51,904 bases of DNA from a virus (Duplodnaviria > Caudoviricetes). The stretch covers positions 1 to 51,904 of IMG/VR virus record IMGVR_UViG_3300008267_000139; one strand, 5' to 3'. This document shows, in pieces, positions 48,779 through 51,904 of this stretch. The position numbers were made by a program, and so were the translations under genes. The notes beneath the pieces are model-generated. The model ran no database searches, was not told the origin of the DNA, and was given only the letters and a program-made list of their open reading frames with translations. Within the stretch, counting starts at the first letter, position 1, and the number at the start of each line of letters is the position of its first letter.

Positions 48779-50284
48779 TTACCCTAATATCCATGATGCA
48801 TCTTCAAATCCCCCACGACCATCATTCATTGCATATGGATTTGATTGTCCGTTAGGTAACAAAGGACCCATTTCATAGCTTGTTCTAGTAATATTTGACA
48901 TCATAGCTTTAGACAAGTCTAACCCTTGTTCAAAAAACTTCATTGATGTATCTCTAGTAAATAATCCAATTCCTAATGCCATAACTAAATCATCATTGTA
49001 TCCTTGCTGTGCTTGGGCTTTACCATTTTGCCAAATAAACACACGCAATTCTTCTAATAATCTTTTAGAATGAAAAGTAAATACTTTTTCTCGAATATAC
49101 GACTCCATCTTTGCTATAACAAGAGGTCTTGTTTTAGCTGATGTGGTAAAGCCAGGGACTGTCTGATCAGAATCCATTTTAGCCATCCATTTATCTATAT
49201 TCATTTCACCATAAGCACGAGGTGAATAATATAACTTAGGATATCCTTTTTCAATTATTGTATTAACAACATCCCATCCTATGTTAGCATTTTCAACTAC
49301 AAGCAAAGCATTATTATATTCTGTAGCAACAGATACTAGCATATTTCCATAGGTACGAGTATCTATTTGTGATTTGTATTCAGCCACTTGCTCACACGTC
49401 GTAGCATCGATGACGTGGAACGCAGAATAGTCACTACTATCACCACGAGCCACATCAGCACATACAATGTACTGCTTACTATAATCAGGATAAGCCCAAA
49501 TCCAAAAGTCACCACCCATAAAGCGACGTTCAATAGGTTCTTGTACAAAAGTTTCTTCATAAAATGATAATAAATCAGGTTCAATAACAGAATTTCCAGA
49601 ACCTAAAAAATCGCAATCATACTCTTGAGCGAACTCACGAGGTGACATATTTGCTCTTTCTCTCTGTTCCCAATCTTCATCTCTATCTGGGTGTAAGCTC
49701 CAAGGTAATTTAATTGCTTTAAAGTCATTTTTACCAATTTCAGCTTCGGCGTACATTTTATGAAACCAATTACCTACACCATTAGGAGAAGATAAAGCAA
49801 TAATACCTCCACCAGTTGCAATTGTTGGTTTAATACTTGTATAAATTCTATCAATCCCTTCAATGAACGCAGCCTCATCTACTAATAGTAAAGATACTGC
49901 GTAGGATCGACCTGCATCTGATGCAGCTGATGTGGCTACAATTTGAGAGTTATTGGCTAGTTTTAGTGATAATTTATTATCTGAAACAGGTTTTTGGTTA
50001 CCTTTTAACCAACTAGGAAGATTATTGTACATAAACTGTACCTTTTCAACCATTCCTTTAGCGGTTTCTTGTTTTGTTGCTATACAAAGTACTGTTTTGT
50101 CTTTATTAAATAGCATTGTCCATAGTGAATACCCAGCAGATAATGTTGATATACCTAATTGTCTTGACTTATTAATAATAGTAAATCGATGATTTCTGAA
50201 ATCATTTAGTACTTCTTCCTGGAAAGGGTAAAGATGGAATAATACTCTTCCCTTAATATGGGTTATTGCAAGGTAGTCTTTATT
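48779..50284 (-). CDS. Terminase large subunit (gp17-like); true start codon missing
   Basis: The frame extends 56 codons above the called ATG, through LYPFQ and the Walker A KSRQLGIST; also LLVDEAAF, SSPNG, CADVARG..DYS and NDDLVMA. Confidence 0.92.
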   Translation of the reverse strand, partial: NKDYLAITHIKGRVLFHLYPFQEEVLNDFRNHRFTIINKSRQLGISTLSAGYSLWTMLFNKDKTVLCIATKQETAKGMVEKVQFMYNNLPSWLKGNQKPVSDNKLSLKLANNSQIVATSAASDAGRSYAVSLLLVDEAAFIEGIDRIYTSIKPTIATGGGIIALSSPNGVGNWFHKMYAEAEIGKNDFKAIKLPWSLHPDRDEDWEQRERANMSPREFAQEYDCDFLGSGNSVIEPDLLSFYEETFVQEPIERRFMGGDFWIWAYPDYSKQYIVCADVARGDSSDYSAFHVIDATTCEQVAEYKSQIDTRTYGNMLVSVATEYNNALLVVENANIGWDVVNTIIEKGYPKLYYSPRAYGEMNIDKWMAKMDSDQTVPGFTTSAKTRPLVIAKMESYIREKVFTFHSKRLLEELRVFIWQNGKAQAQQGYNDDLVMALGIGLFTRDTSMKFFEQGLDLSKAMMSNITRTSYEMGPLLPNGQSNPYAMNDGRGGFEDASWILG

Positions 50285-50951
50285 TTACAAGCAAAAATGT
50301 AAGGCCAGCTAGTGCTAATCCAGCTCCTATTTTACCTAATCTAGCTTGTACTTTAAGTTTAGTATTTTGAATTTTAATTGTATTATATTCTTTTTTCCAA
50401 TCATCAATTTGTATTTGTTGATTATTAACTATATTTTTATAGTTAAATTCTTTTTGAACATAAAGAGATATAATGCTATCTTTACCAACTATTCTTTGCT
50501 CATTTAAAGCAATAATATCGTTTTTAACAATTATTTCTTCTTTAGCACCGTCTAATTCAATTAAATCTTTAGCAGCACTAACTAGTACTGGTTGCGCTAA
50601 TGGTAGCGGGTTAGTTAATGTATCTGTTGGGTAGCGTTTGTTAAAAGAAGAAACTAATTCTTGTTCATTCCAAGTATCAACTTTCTTTTTAGATGAATCA
50701 ACCCATTTAGTAATAACTTTAACTTTACCTTTAGCTTCTTCTAATTGAGTTTGTAAATCATAATCTAATTCTTCTAAAGCATTTATTTGAATTTCTTTTT
50801 GATGGTTATCTTCATGTAGTGAGTCAACAACATGAACTAGACTATCTTGTTTAGCTGCAAATTCTTCTGTTAAACCAATATTTTTAACTTTATCAAAAGC
50901 TAACCATGCTAATACTAAAACAGCAACTATAATTAATATGTATTTTTTCAT
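50280..50951 (-). CDS. Membrane protein with a long coiled coil (spanin-like, tentative)
   Basis: Hydrophobic segments at both ends around a coiled coil. Confidence 0.55.
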   Translation of the reverse strand: MKKYILIIVAVLVLAWLAFDKVKNIGLTEEFAAKQDSLVHVVDSLHEDNHQKEIQINALEELDYDLQTQLEEAKGKVKVITKWVDSSKKKVDTWNEQELVSSFNKRYPTDTLTNPLPLAQPVLVSAAKDLIELDGAKEEIIVKNDIIALNEQRIVGKDSIISLYVQKEFNYKNIVNNQQIQIDDWKKEYNTIKIQNTKLKVQARLGKIGAGLALAGLTFLLVK

Positions 50952-50955
50952 AAAT

Positions 50956-51728
50956 TTATTTTCTTATACCAGCGTAATATTGCATTCTACCTTTCATCCA
51001 CTCATCTAATTGTTCTTCGTCGCCTGTATCTTCAGGTTCTGCTTTTTTAGCCATTTTAGCTTTACGCGCTTGGAGATATTCAGAACCAGCTAATAAATCA
51101 TCCATGCGTTGTTGTAATCTATTTTTAAGATCACGTAAATTTTGTAATTCATTTGAAGGTTGATCTGAAATATCACCTATTGATGGTCTAGAGCGTTTTG
51201 TTTTTAAAATATCACTTTTTACCTTAGCTAAACGATTTTCCAAATCAGTATATTTCATAAAGGCTTCGTAATCTTCATCTGACATTCCACCAGCAGCTAC
51301 GTTAGCTTTTTCGATTTCACCTTCTTCTGGTTCTTCGTCTCCGCTTCCCATCATTTTAGCAAATGATGCTTCAATTTCTTCATCACTCATTTCACCTGCT
51401 ACTCCACCTTCTGGTCCTTCTTCACCTGCTTAGCTTGCATTGCTGTAATAATTCTAGCTTTTTTACCAGTAAAATCAGCAGCAGCAGCATCTGGTGCTAG
51501 TTCATAACGAACAGCAATATTTGCCATTTCGTCTAATTCATTTTCAGATACTACTGATGTTCTTCCTGAAGCTAGATCGGTTTTCTTGGCTTGAAGAGCT
51601 TGAATTTGCTTATTTATTGCGTTTAATTCTGCATCTTTAGCTGCTTTTTCTTGTGGAGATATTTCAGCTTCATTTAGTACTTCTTGTATTGCTTGACGTA
51701 CAATTTCTTGGAGATCGGTTCTTTTCAT
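50956..51728 (-). CDS. Acidic internal head-type protein split by a frameshift near 51431
   Basis: MKRTDLQEIVRQAIQEVLNE..ITAMQA continues in another frame as AGEEGPEGGVAGEMSDEEIE.. and ends RMQYYAGIRK. Confidence 0.6.
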
Positions 51729-51753
51729 TTTATCAGTATTGTGCATATAAATA

Positions 51754-51903
51754 TTAAATGTTTTGTAAAATTGTAGCAATGCGTTCCTCTGTTGTACCTT
51801 CTACTTTAATTAAATGTTTAGGTTTATATTCTTCTAATGCCATTTGTATAGCATTATCAATTTTAATACGATATCCTAAATCTGTTGTTCTAATTCCATT
51901 ATC
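51754..51903 (-). CDS. C-terminal fragment of a probable P-loop kinase/ATPase (NadR/AAA_28-like)
   Basis: Manual translation: DNGIRTTDLGYRIKIDNAIQMALEEYKPKHLIKVEGTTEERIATILQNI*. Confidence 0.5.
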   Translation of the reverse strand, partial: DNGIRTTDLGYRIKIDNAIQMALEEYKPKHLIKVEGTTEERIATILQNI

Positions 51904-51904
51904 T

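Noticed and set aside
197-50192. All plus-strand ORFs and short nested minus-strand ORFs in the track (for example the Ser-rich 41944..42495)
   Set aside because: They are shadows of well-supported minus-strand genes; poly-Ser is the antisense of GAA/GAT-rich codons.
46860-50284. Intein or intron in the terminase or portal gene
   Set aside because: Motif spacing and lengths look normal; no splicing motifs or inserted endonuclease were seen.
1-51904. Stop-codon reassignment as the cause of the broken genes
   Set aside because: The standard code gives long intact ORFs; the breaks are frame changes or missing starts, not in-frame stops.
1-51904. tRNA or rRNA genes
   Set aside because: Intergenic gaps are short and none shows a cloverleaf with a T-loop consensus.

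Overview
AT-rich segment of a large T4-like myophage, probably infecting Bacteroidota (TTTG-N19-21-TATATTTA promoters, few strong SD sites). Every credible gene is on the minus strand. In transcription order (right to left): internal head proteins, terminase, portal, prohead protease, scaffold plus major capsid, HNH endonuclease, BspA-type LRR protein, PhoH, neck and tail terminator, a ~16 kb fibre/adhesin block (three repeat-rich fibres, five LamG lectins), sheath, tube, a frameshifted chaperone pair, tape measure, baseplate, then a compact PolA, SSB and RecA/UvsX. Main observations: (1) a [ST]-[GA]-S motif saturates predicted surface parts of unrelated virion proteins but is absent from enzymes and buried proteins, a candidate virion-glycosylation sequon; (2) an ATATTTAT motif, matching the reverse complement of the T4 late promoter, heads 18 gene boundaries; (3) fibre and scaffold genes have structured leaders; (4) six fusion or frameshift junctions look like missing sequence and may be assembly artefacts. 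Protein calls come from motif recognition and synteny, not database searches.
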